Origin: Chloroflexota bacterium
Lineage (GTDB): Bacteria; Chloroflexota; Chloroflexia; Thermomicrobiales; UBA6265
Direction of reading: 5' to 3'
DNA: 64,000 bases
NCBI GenBank assembly: GCA_023389575.1
Contig: JAEWEG010000058.1
Coordinates: 15,764-79,763 of the forward strand
Shown here piece after piece: positions 28,391-37,058 of the stretch. Numbering within the stretch: position 1 is the stretch's first letter; every line of letters begins with the position of its first letter. The notes beneath the pieces were generated by a model, which searched no databases, was not told where the DNA came from, and was given only the letters and a program-made list of their open reading frames with translations. A program made the position numbers and the translations under genes.

Positions 28391-28544
28391 TACCCAATGT
28401 GACTCCTGGGAACAGGCTGGCTGACCTTCTCGGGAATGAATCAGCGCCCGACGTTGGGAAGGACATGCCAGTTCTGTACGATCGGTGTGGCGTGATAGAC
28501 TTCAGGTCGTTGTATGTATGGAATTGCGTGAATGGGGTTGCCGG

Positions 28545-29687
28545 GTGAGGGTGTCGTGCCTTCAGGAAAATCTGCAGCGAGCACTGGGCCGGGTGGGACG
28601 AGCAGTGGCTTCCCGCACCTCGTTACCAGTGCTCAGCAATGTACTCATTTCCACCGACGAGGGGAGGTTGCGCATCGCCGCGACCAACCTCGAGATCGGT
28701 GTGACAACGTGGATCGACGCCGACATCCAGGAAGAGGGCCGAATCACGATTGACGCTCGCCTTCTGGGTGAGTTCGTCAACACGTTGCCCGCGGGCGGCG
28801 TGGAACTGACGGTGGACCCCAACCGGTTGTCGCTGACCGTGAAGGCGGGCCGGGACGAGGCTTCCATTAATGGAATAGACGCCGAGGACTTCCCGGTGAT
28901 CCCTTCCATTAGTGATGAGGGCTTCGGGGTCGAGATTGGGGCGCAGACCCTGCGCGACCTGATCACGCTGGTGGAGTTCGCGGCGGCGAGTGATGACTCG
29001 CGTCCGGTGCTTGCCGGCGTCCTGACCCGCTTCGAGGGTGATGTTGTCACCCTGGCTGCGGCTGATGGCTTCCGCATGGCGGTGAACGAGGGACAGCTAT
29101 CCGGCTCGGTCGACGAGCGGACCGACCTTATCGTTCCCGCCCGCTCGTACCGCGAGCTGGCGCGCATCATTGGAGACACCGACGAGACGATTCGCCTGGC
29201 GGTAACGCCAAACCGGAGCCAGGTGATGGCGAGGGTTGGTGATACCGAGTGGGTGTCGCGATTGATCGACGGGACCTTCCCGGATGTACGCCAGATCGTG
29301 CCGAAGGACTTCACGACACGGGTGGATCTCAGTCGCGAGGTGCTGCTCAACGCCGTGCGGCGGGCGAGCTACTTTGCCCGGGACAACAACGACGTCATTC
29401 GCGTCGTGGTGAGCCCCGGCGAGGACGATCTGACGCCCGGCAACGTCGAGGTCTCGGCCAACGCGGCCGAGCGTGGCAACAGCCACAGCTTTGTCGACGC
29501 GAGCGTGACCGGTGGCGATGTGCAGATCGCGTTCAATAGCCGGTATCTGGCGGACGTGCTCGCCGTGCTCAAGCACGGTCAGGTGATGATGGGGCTCAAC
29601 GGTCCAACCCAGGCTGGCATCATTCGGCCGAGCGGCGGCGAGTCCTACACCCACGTGATCATGCCAATGGTCATCGGCGGCAACTAG
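28545..29687 (+). CDS. dnaN: DNA polymerase III beta sliding clamp
   Basis: (V)RVSCLQENLQRALGRVGRAVASRTSLPVLSNVLI..., typical DnaN. GTG start at 28545 inferred (ORF from 28485). Confidence 0.9.
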   Translation: MRVSCLQENLQRALGRVGRAVASRTSLPVLSNVLISTDEGRLRIAATNLEIGVTTWIDADIQEEGRITIDARLLGEFVNTLPAGGVELTVDPNRLSLTVKAGRDEASINGIDAEDFPVIPSISDEGFGVEIGAQTLRDLITLVEFAAASDDSRPVLAGVLTRFEGDVVTLAAADGFRMAVNEGQLSGSVDERTDLIVPARSYRELARIIGDTDETIRLAVTPNRSQVMARVGDTEWVSRLIDGTFPDVRQIVPKDFTTRVDLSREVLLNAVRRASYFARDNNDVIRVVVSPGEDDLTPGNVEVSANAAERGNSHSFVDASVTGGDVQIAFNSRYLADVLAVLKHGQVMMGLNGPTQAGIIRPSGGESYTHVIMPMVIGGN

Positions 29688-29709
29688 CGGCGGTGGGCGC
29701 AATCGTTTC

Positions 29710-30903
29710 ATGTACCTGAATCGACTGGTGCTGGACGAGTTTCGGACGTACCGGCACCTCGACCTCGAAATACCTCCGTCCGGCATGCGAATAATCGGCA
29801 GGAATGCCAGTGGCAAGACCAGCGTCCTTGAGGCGCTGGTCATGTTGTCGACCACGCGTTCATCCCGAGCCTCTACCGACCGGGACGTCGTGCGGTGGGA
29901 GAGTGGCGCCGAGTATGCCGTGAACCCTTACGCGCGGATGGAAGGGACGGTCGTCTCGCGGGAACGAACCCAGGAGGTAGGCATCAGCCTCGAACTCGAT
30001 GCCGAAGGCGCCTCCGTGGTTCGCAAGCAGTTTCTCCTCTCCGGCGATTCCGTGCGGGCCCACGACCTGATTGGGGTGCTCAAGACGGTGCTCTTCTCGC
30101 CGGAGGATGTGCTGCTGGTTTCGGGGACGCCATCGGAGCGGCGGCGGCAGGTGGACATCCTGATCTCGCAGATCGACAGAAGCTATCTGGCGGCGCTCTC
30201 CCAGTACATGCGGGTGCTCCCGCAGCGGAACCAACTCCTCAAGCGATTCTCCAAGGAGCGACGGAGCGCGCGTGACATCTCGGCGATCACCGAGATCTCG
30301 TTCTGGGACGACGAATTGATCGCGAGTGGGTCACTGGTGATGGCGGCTCGCTGGCTGGCGGCGGCGCGTATCGCCGACATGGTCGCCGAGCGGTCGAAGG
30401 TGCTGGTGAGCGACGCCGCGATCGGATTCGCCTACAACCCGCGGCTCGATCTCTCTGGAATCACGTCAGGCGACATATCGCAGGATCAATTGCGGCAGAC
30501 GGTGGCCGGACTGTTTCACGACGCGATCGAGGATGCCCGGTTCGACGAGTTCCGACGGGGCATGACGCTGGTTGGTCCGCATCGCGACGATTTCACCTTC
30601 CTGATCGAGGGGAGGTCACTGGCGTCGTTTGGCTCCAGGGGGCAGCAGCGACTTGGGGTGGTGGCATACCGGCTGGCGGAGATCGACATGCTCGAGCAGC
30701 GGTCAGGTGAACGGCCGGTTCTGCTGCTCGACGACGTATTGTCGGAACTCGATGAGGTGCACCGCGACAAGCTGATCGAGGAGATCGTGCGTTGCGAATG
30801 CCAATTGATGCTCACGTCGACCGAGGAGGGCATGCTTTCGCACCCCATGCTCGCCGGCCTGGAGTTGGCCGAAGCCTCGGGTGGCGGGATCGTCCGCCCG
30901 TAG
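29710..30903 (+). CDS. recF: DNA replication and repair protein RecF
   Basis: MYLNRLVLDEFRTYRHLDLE...GRNASGKTSVLEA...LLLDDVLSELD. Confidence 0.9.
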   Translation: MYLNRLVLDEFRTYRHLDLEIPPSGMRIIGRNASGKTSVLEALVMLSTTRSSRASTDRDVVRWESGAEYAVNPYARMEGTVVSRERTQEVGISLELDAEGASVVRKQFLLSGDSVRAHDLIGVLKTVLFSPEDVLLVSGTPSERRRQVDILISQIDRSYLAALSQYMRVLPQRNQLLKRFSKERRSARDISAITEISFWDDELIASGSLVMAARWLAAARIADMVAERSKVLVSDAAIGFAYNPRLDLSGITSGDISQDQLRQTVAGLFHDAIEDARFDEFRRGMTLVGPHRDDFTFLIEGRSLASFGSRGQQRLGVVAYRLAEIDMLEQRSGERPVLLLDDVLSELDEVHRDKLIEEIVRCECQLMLTSTEEGMLSHPMLAGLELAEASGGGIVRP

Positions 30904-30943
30904 CTGGCCGTCCAGGTACCGCGACACTCCACAACGAACGCGC

Positions 30944-30981
30944 AAAAGCCCCGGATCGATGGTTTTCGATCCGGGGCTTTT
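30944..30981. terminator. Bidirectional terminator (recF / tRNA-Gln)
   Basis: aaaagccccggatcga-tggttt-tcgatccggggctttt. Confidence 0.8.
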
Positions 30982-30988
30982 CCTTGTT

Positions 30989-31062
30989 TGGCTGGGGTGC
31001 AGGGATTCGAACCCCGACTACCTGTTCCAGAGACAGGCGTCCTACCGTTAGACGACACCCCA
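30989..31062 (-). tRNA. tRNA-Gln, anticodon CTG
   Basis: TGGGGTGTCGTCTAACGGTAGGACGCCTGTCTCTGGAACAGG...GGGGTTCGAATCCCTGCACCCCAGCCA (U1-A72, as is typical for tRNA-Gln). Confidence 0.9.
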
Positions 31063-31169
31063 ACGCGCGGACGCTAGTCTAGCATTCCAAGGCGCGCCAT
31101 TTCAATGAAAATGCGGCAGGATCCGTGCGAATCGCGATATCGGTATCTCAGTTAGCGAAATCGCGCGGC

Positions 31170-32117
31170 TCAGCTCGCTGCCTGAGCAGCCTCCGCGGCG
31201 CGCACCAGGGCCTCCGGCAATTCGAACAGTACGTCGTCGAGCGTGCCACGGCGAGCGGCGAATCCGGCGGCCAGGGTGTTGCGGGCGAGGACGAGCGCGG
31301 TGACGGGCCCCGTTCCGCCAGGGACAGGGGTAATCGCTCCGGCTCGGCCAATGAGTGCGTTGTAGTCGGTGTCGCCCACGATCTTCCCGTTGTCCGCGAC
31401 GTTGACACCGAAGTCGATCACGATCGCGCCTGGCGACACCATCTCCCTGGTCACGAGACCCGCGGAACCGGCCGCGACACAGATGACCTCGGCCCGCAAG
31501 GTTTCGGCGGCGAGATCCCTGGTGTGCCGGTGGCACAGGGTCACGGTCGCGTTCCTCTGGGTCAGCAAAGTGGCGAGCGGTCGCCCCACCACATTGCTGC
31601 GCCCGATCACCGTGATCCTGGCGCCATCCAGCTCGACGCCCGCATGGTCCAGGAGTTCGAGTCCACCGGCTGGGGTGGAGGGTCGGAGCGAGGGGAGTCC
31701 AAGGTGCAGACGTCCCGCGTTGGTCGGTGTGATGCCGTCGACGTCCTTGAGCGGCGAGAGGTGCTCAAGGATCAGTTGGGGATCGAGTTGGTCGGGCAGC
31801 GGCATCAGGACGAGGATGCCAGTGACGGACTGATCGGTGTTCAGACTCTCCACCGCTGACACGAAGTCGTCGGGTGTTGTTGTTGCGGGCAACTCAACAT
31901 GACGATGCTCGATCTCGACCTTCCTGAACGTTCGATCGATAGAGGCGCGGTAGGCGAGAGCGGCGCCGTTGTTCCCCACGAGCAGGGACGCCAGGACCGG
32001 CGGTCGGCAACCGAGGTCGTGCAGGTGGACCTTGGCCGCGGCGATTTCAGCGCGGAGCGAGCGCGCCAGGCCCGCGCCCTTGAGAATCCGTGTCTCGACG
32101 GCATCCTTTGAAGTCAA
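31170..32117 (-). CDS. folD: Bifunctional methylenetetrahydrofolate dehydrogenase/cyclohydrolase
   Basis: LASLLVGNN.AALAY, GILVLMPLP, DVDG, VIGRSNVVGRPLA, PVPGGTGP. Probable TTG start at 32117 after GAAAGAG (ORF extends to 32186). Confidence 0.85.
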   Translation of the reverse strand: MTSKDAVETRILKGAGLARSLRAEIAAAKVHLHDLGCRPPVLASLLVGNNGAALAYRASIDRTFRKVEIEHRHVELPATTTPDDFVSAVESLNTDQSVTGILVLMPLPDQLDPQLILEHLSPLKDVDGITPTNAGRLHLGLPSLRPSTPAGGLELLDHAGVELDGARITVIGRSNVVGRPLATLLTQRNATVTLCHRHTRDLAAETLRAEVICVAAGSAGLVTREMVSPGAIVIDFGVNVADNGKIVGDTDYNALIGRAGAITPVPGGTGPVTALVLARNTLAAGFAARRGTLDDVLFELPEALVRAAEAAQAAS

Positions 32118-32364
32118 TGGAAACTCTTTCTGCCAGTTGATGAGGAGTCGGGCGTGGGGGTGGAATGGCCCGAGAATGGCCTCCACGCGATGTGATTATA
32201 GCCTCTCGACCGACAGGGATACCCCGATATCCCCACTAATCAGCGAGTAATGACAGTAAAACGACGGGCACTGACATCTCGTTTTGGATAACGCCAGTTG
32301 CTGGCGAAAGTGTTGTTACGAGCCCTTGCATCGCCACGATGTGTGGATTGTTCGTACAATCTGT

Positions 32365-32393
32365 TGACACGCTGGCAATCGAGCATTAGTATG
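32365..32393 (+). promoter_or_regulatory. Strong consensus-like promoter
   Basis: TTGACA-17 nt-TAGTAT upstream of the XRE regulator. Confidence 0.55.
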
Positions 32394-32433
32394 GTGACAT
32401 CAAGTCGCGGTGGCGTGACTGAACGGCAAGTAG

Positions 32434-32453
32434 AGTTGTGCAGAAGTTGTGCA
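32434..32453 (+). repeat. Direct repeat AGTTGTGCA x2 (candidate operator)
   Basis: agttgtgca-ga-agttgtgca between the promoter and the XRE start codon. Confidence 0.4.
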
Positions 32454-32471
32454 AGGTCATTGGAGGCGGGG

Positions 32472-32891
32472 ATGTTTGTCAGGGCTGATTTCGGATTTGG
32501 TGTGACGCTGAAGCGATTCCGCGAGGCGCGGCGTGTTTCCCAGAGCAAGCTGGCCGAGCGCGCCGGTTTCGATCACTCGTATGTCAGCCGGTTGGAGAGT
32601 GGTGCCCGGACCCCGACTCGCGACGCCGTGGAGCAGCTGGCGAAGGCGATGGACCTCGACCAGATCAACCGTGATGAGTTGCTGGCGTCGGCCGGCTTCC
32701 TTCCCGGAGAGGTTTCCAGCCTCCTTTCCGGAGAGCCGGAGATCACCGAGGTGCTTGGATTGCTGCAGAACAACCAGGTGCCCGAAGCGTACCGGGATTC
32801 CATGCGGCAGGTGCTGCGCCTGCTGGCCGAGCAGGCCCGGCACGTCATGCGAGGCGAGACTCCGGACCAGGGAACGGTGGTCGCGGCCTAG
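32472..32891 (+). CDS. XRE-family helix-turn-helix transcriptional regulator
   Basis: LKRFREARRVSQSKLAERAGFDHSYVSRLESGARTPTRDAVEQLAKAM; internal ATG of ORF 32298..32891. Confidence 0.8.
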   Translation: MFVRADFGFGVTLKRFREARRVSQSKLAERAGFDHSYVSRLESGARTPTRDAVEQLAKAMDLDQINRDELLASAGFLPGEVSSLLSGEPEITEVLGLLQNNQVPEAYRDSMRQVLRLLAEQARHVMRGETPDQGTVVAA

Positions 32892-33141
32892 GATTTTGGC
32901 GGCTGTACGTTCATACTTGACTCGACACAAGGCCAGTCCCCGCCGGCCACGCGTCGACAGAGATGAACGACACCGCGCACGCACGCAAGCCCCGCTCCGA
33001 TTGGTGTGGGGCTTGGTTGCTTAAGGGACGCGCATCACGAGACCCGCCTCGGCGGAAGCTCGGACTCGGTGCGTTTGTCCCGCTCGCTGCTCTCCGATCC
33101 GTGACGAGTCCACGGTTAGCCAGGTTCCGGAGAAGGATCCC

Positions 33142-36100
33142 TTGAAGAACGAATTCGCCCACCTCCATCTACATACCGAGTTCTCGCTGCTGGATGGCAT
33201 GGGAACCATTGGGCAATACGTTGCCCGGGCCCAGGAAGTCGGTATCCAGCACATGGCGGTTACCGACCACGGGGTCATGTACGCCGCGATGGACTGGTAC
33301 CAGGCAGGGGTGAAGGCGGGAATCCATCCCATCATCGGGATGGAGGCGTATCTCGCCGAGGGATCGATCTCCAAACGCGAGCGAAAGTCGTACCACCTGC
33401 TCCTTCTGGCCGAGAACGACACTGGCTATCGGAACCTGCTCAAGCTGGCGAGCGTGGCCGCGCTCGAAGGGTTCTACTACCGGCCGCGGATCGACATGGA
33501 ACTGCTCCAGAAGTACGGCGAGGGGATCATCGCCACATCGGCCTGCCTGGGCGGCCCGGTGGCCAACAACTTCCTGCACGGGAATCCCGATCTCGCTCGG
33601 AAGTACGCTGGCGAACTCGCCGAGATCTTCGGGAAGGACCGGTTCTACATCGAGGTGCAGGACCACGGGCTCAAGGAGCAGATCCAGGTCAACAAGGACC
33701 TGATTCCCCTGGCCAAGTCCCTGGACCTTCCATTGGTGGCGACCAACGATGTGCATTACTGTGGCGAGCACGACGCGGCCGCCCAGGACATTCTGGTGTG
33801 CGTGCAAACCAACACAACGATTCACGATCCCAAGCGGATGAAGACGGAGTCCAACCAGCTCTACCTCAAGAGCCCCGATGAGATGGCGTTGCTGTTCGGA
33901 CACGTCCCGGGTGCGCTCTCCAACACCATGCGCATCGCCGAAATGTGCGATGTTGACCTGTCCTTCAAGGGCTACCAGCTCCCGGACTTCGACGTGCCAG
34001 AGGGACAGTCGCCCGAGTCGTACCTGCGGGAGCTGTGCGAAAAGGGTGCGATGGAGCGTTACGGCACGCTCGACGGCGCGGTGGGTGAGCGGCTCGACTA
34101 CGAGCTGGGCGTGATCCAGTCGATGGGATTCACGAGTTACTTCCTTATCACCTGGGACTTTGTGAACTACGCGAAGAACCAGGGAATCCTGGTTGGGCCG
34201 GGACGAGGGTCCGCGGCCGGCAGCATTGTGTGCTACTGCCTCAACATCACCGGGCTCGATCCGCTCGAGCACCGCCTCATCTTCGAGCGGTTCCTGAACC
34301 CGTCCCGTATCTCCATGCCCGATATCGACATCGACTTCGCCGATGACCGGCGGGCGGAAGTCATCGACTACGTCGTGCGGAAGTACGGCGACGATCGCGT
34401 GGCGCAGATCGTAACTTTTGGAACGCTGAAGGCGAAGGCCGCCGTTCGGGACGTTGGCCGCGCGATGGGGATGAGCTTCGCCGACACGGATCGCGTGGCG
34501 CGACTGATTCCGGCCGACCCGAAGATGACCATCAAGCTGGCGCTGGAAACCGTTCCGGAGCTCGTGAAGTTGCTGGACCAGGAGAAGGAACTCCGCGATC
34601 TGGTCGATACGGCCCAGAAGGTAGAGGGCCGAGCCCGGCATTCATCCACACACGCGGCGGGTGTGGTCATCTCTCGCGACCCGTTGATGCAGCACGTGCC
34701 GTTGCAGCGGGCGGGCGGCAAGAGCGAGGGGGAAGTCACGACGCAGTACCCGATGGCCCAACTCGAGGGCATCGGATTGCTGAAGATGGACTTCCTTGGC
34801 CTGAAGACGTTGACGGTGCTCAGGAAGGCGATCGACCTCGCGAACCAGAATGGACACGACATATCCCTTGAGGCTATTCCCATGGATGATCCGGTCGCCA
34901 TGGAGGGATTGCGAAAGGGGGAGACGGCGGGCGTCTTCCAGCTTGAAGGCGGGATGACGACGCGGATGACCGTGGACGTCGCTCCGACCGCGTTCGAGGA
35001 CATCGTGGCGCTCAGCGCGCTGATCCGCCCGGGACCGATGACCATGGCCCCGGACTACATCGAGAGGAGACACGGCCGGGCCGAGATCGAGTACATGCAT
35101 CCGCTGATGGAGCCGATCCTGAAGGAGACCCAGGGCGTCCCGCTGTATCAGGAACAGGTGATGCAGATCGCCAACGTACTGGCCGGGTTCTCGATGGCGG
35201 AATCGGACGGCCTGCGGAAGGCGATGGGCAAGAAGCTTCCGGCGGAGATGGCCAAGTACAAGGACCGCTTCGTCGAGGGCTGCGCCGCCAACGATATCGA
35301 CAAGAAGCTGGCGCGAGACATCTTCGACATGATCGAACGGTTCGCAGGCTATGGCTTCCCCAAGGCGCACAGCGCGGCCTATGGGGTGATCACCGCCCAG
35401 ACCGCGTACATGAAGGCGCGGCACCCGGTCGAGTTCATGGCGGCGTTGATGTCGACCGAAATGAACTCCACCGAGAAGACCGTGTTCAACGTCGCCGAAT
35501 GTCGCAGGGCGGGAATCCCACTTTTGCCGCCATCCGTGAACCACAGCGGACATGAGTTCTCCGTCGAGCAGGTCGACGGCAGGAGCGGCATCAGGTTCGG
35601 TCTCGGCGCGGTCAAGAACGCCGGGCAGGGCGCGATCGAGAGCATCCTCGCCTCCAGGGAGGAAGCGCCCGATAAGCAGTTCGCGTCCCTTGAGGCGTTC
35701 TGCGACGCGGTCGACTGGTCGTCGGTGAACAAGCGGGTGGCGGAGAGCCTGGCGAAATCTGGCGCGCTCGACTGCTTTGGAGAGCGGGCATCGGTTCTCG
35801 CGTCGCTGGAGTCATTGATTGGCGCGGCCCAGCGGCGGCAGAAGGCCTCCGCCCGCGGTCAGATGGACCTTTTTGGCGCGATGGAGGTGGAATCCGGTCC
35901 GATCTCGAGCGGGCGGCTCGCGGAAGTGCCCCCAGCCGATCGGAAGCAGCTCCTGGCCTGGGAGAAGGAACTGCTTGGGCTGTACCTGACATCCCATCCG
36001 CTGATGGACTGGACCGCGTCGGGCGCGCCAGACGGGTACTCGCAATTGGCCGAGATCGCCGATCGCGGACCGGGAGCCAAGGCGCGGTTCCTGGGCATGG

Positions 36101-36663
36101 TGACGAGTGTGCGGCGAATAACCACCAAGACCAACCGGACCATGGCCGTGCTTGAGGTCGAGGACCTCACGGGCAGCATGGAAGTCGTGGCGTTCCCGGA
36201 TTGCTACGAGCAGCACTCCTCCTTGATCCAGGAAGACGCCATCCTCTCATTCCAGGCGAAGGTCGATGAGCGGGGCGACAAGGCCCAGTTGATCCTCGAT
36301 GTCGCGACGAACGAGCTTCCCGAACTGGAGGTCGAGGAGCAGGCTCAACCATATGTGCGGATCCTGATGCGTGCTTCGGACGACCTGTGGGGCGACATAT
36401 CCCGAATGCAGGATGTAGACGCGGTACTTCGCCGGCACGAGGGACACAATCCGGTGGAGTTCGACCTCGCGACTGGAGACGAAGTCGTGCGGTTGCGAAG
36501 CAAGTCACGGCTGGTGGAGTGGAGTGACCAGTTGCGGCGTGAGATCGAACAGGTGCTTGGGGAAGACGGTTCCTGTCGTCTCGACGAACCGATTTCGGTG
36601 TCCGAGCCCACGGAAACCCGTTCCCGGGATGACCGGCGCGCTCACCTGCGGGCGGTCGCATAG
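33142..36663 (+). CDS. dnaE: DNA polymerase III alpha subunit
   Basis: PHP domain HLHLHTEFSLLDG, DFLGL, 1173 aa. TTG start after GGAGAAGGA. Confidence 0.95.
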   Translation: MKNEFAHLHLHTEFSLLDGMGTIGQYVARAQEVGIQHMAVTDHGVMYAAMDWYQAGVKAGIHPIIGMEAYLAEGSISKRERKSYHLLLLAENDTGYRNLLKLASVAALEGFYYRPRIDMELLQKYGEGIIATSACLGGPVANNFLHGNPDLARKYAGELAEIFGKDRFYIEVQDHGLKEQIQVNKDLIPLAKSLDLPLVATNDVHYCGEHDAAAQDILVCVQTNTTIHDPKRMKTESNQLYLKSPDEMALLFGHVPGALSNTMRIAEMCDVDLSFKGYQLPDFDVPEGQSPESYLRELCEKGAMERYGTLDGAVGERLDYELGVIQSMGFTSYFLITWDFVNYAKNQGILVGPGRGSAAGSIVCYCLNITGLDPLEHRLIFERFLNPSRISMPDIDIDFADDRRAEVIDYVVRKYGDDRVAQIVTFGTLKAKAAVRDVGRAMGMSFADTDRVARLIPADPKMTIKLALETVPELVKLLDQEKELRDLVDTAQKVEGRARHSSTHAAGVVISRDPLMQHVPLQRAGGKSEGEVTTQYPMAQLEGIGLLKMDFLGLKTLTVLRKAIDLANQNGHDISLEAIPMDDPVAMEGLRKGETAGVFQLEGGMTTRMTVDVAPTAFEDIVALSALIRPGPMTMAPDYIERRHGRAEIEYMHPLMEPILKETQGVPLYQEQVMQIANVLAGFSMAESDGLRKAMGKKLPAEMAKYKDRFVEGCAANDIDKKLARDIFDMIERFAGYGFPKAHSAAYGVITAQTAYMKARHPVEFMAALMSTEMNSTEKTVFNVAECRRAGIPLLPPSVNHSGHEFSVEQVDGRSGIRFGLGAVKNAGQGAIESILASREEAPDKQFASLEAFCDAVDWSSVNKRVAESLAKSGALDCFGERASVLASLESLIGAAQRRQKASARGQMDLFGAMEVESGPISSGRLAEVPPADRKQLLAWEKELLGLYLTSHPLMDWTASGAPDGYSQLAEIADRGPGAKARFLGMVTSVRRITTKTNRTMAVLEVEDLTGSMEVVAFPDCYEQHSSLIQEDAILSFQAKVDERGDKAQLILDVATNELPELEVEEQAQPYVRILMRASDDLWGDISRMQDVDAVLRRHEGHNPVEFDLATGDEVVRLRSKSRLVEWSDQLRREIEQVLGEDGSCRLDEPISVSEPTETRSRDDRRAHLRAVA

Positions 36664-37058
36664 CAGGTTCGGACACCCGTCGTCTCAGTGGGAAAGTGCT
36701 TGGGCGACATATCCCCACAGGTGCGTTCACTGGATGGCGGATGTCACCGAAATGGTCGTGCTCCTCTTGAGCACGGCCGCAGCATGGGATTGTGATTCGC
36801 GCACCCGCTGATCAAGAATGGCGGGATCGCTCAGACTTCAGGTCACGCTACATATCCCAGAAGCAGTGCTTCAGATTACCTGCAATTTCTCGGTGCAAGA
36901 CGAAGGGCGATTCGAAGATTCAGGCCCGGTGCTCGGGTGCCCGCATGGAATGAGGTCGTTCCGGGGTGACACTCGGAGTGCGGAAGGTAGTACCGCGCAG
37001 GGGAATGCGGGACGCCAAGAGCGAGCGTCGAGCCTGAGTTATTCGCCGAGGCGAGCGG

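Noticed and set aside
28326-28544. oriC or a DnaA-box cluster upstream of dnaN.
   Set aside because: There are no TTATCCACA/TGTGGATAA-like 9-mers. The spacer is better explained by the divergent SOS-regulated promoter.
33169-35553. 490-aa and 303-aa minus-strand ORFs.
   Set aside because: They are antisense to dnaE.
36664-37058. SRP RNA, 6S RNA or tmRNA in the dnaE downstream spacer (a GCGGAAGGTAGTA stretch vaguely resembles the SRP GGAA/AGCA loop).
   Set aside because: The conserved SRP helix-8 sequence, tRNA-like ends and 6S architecture are not present.
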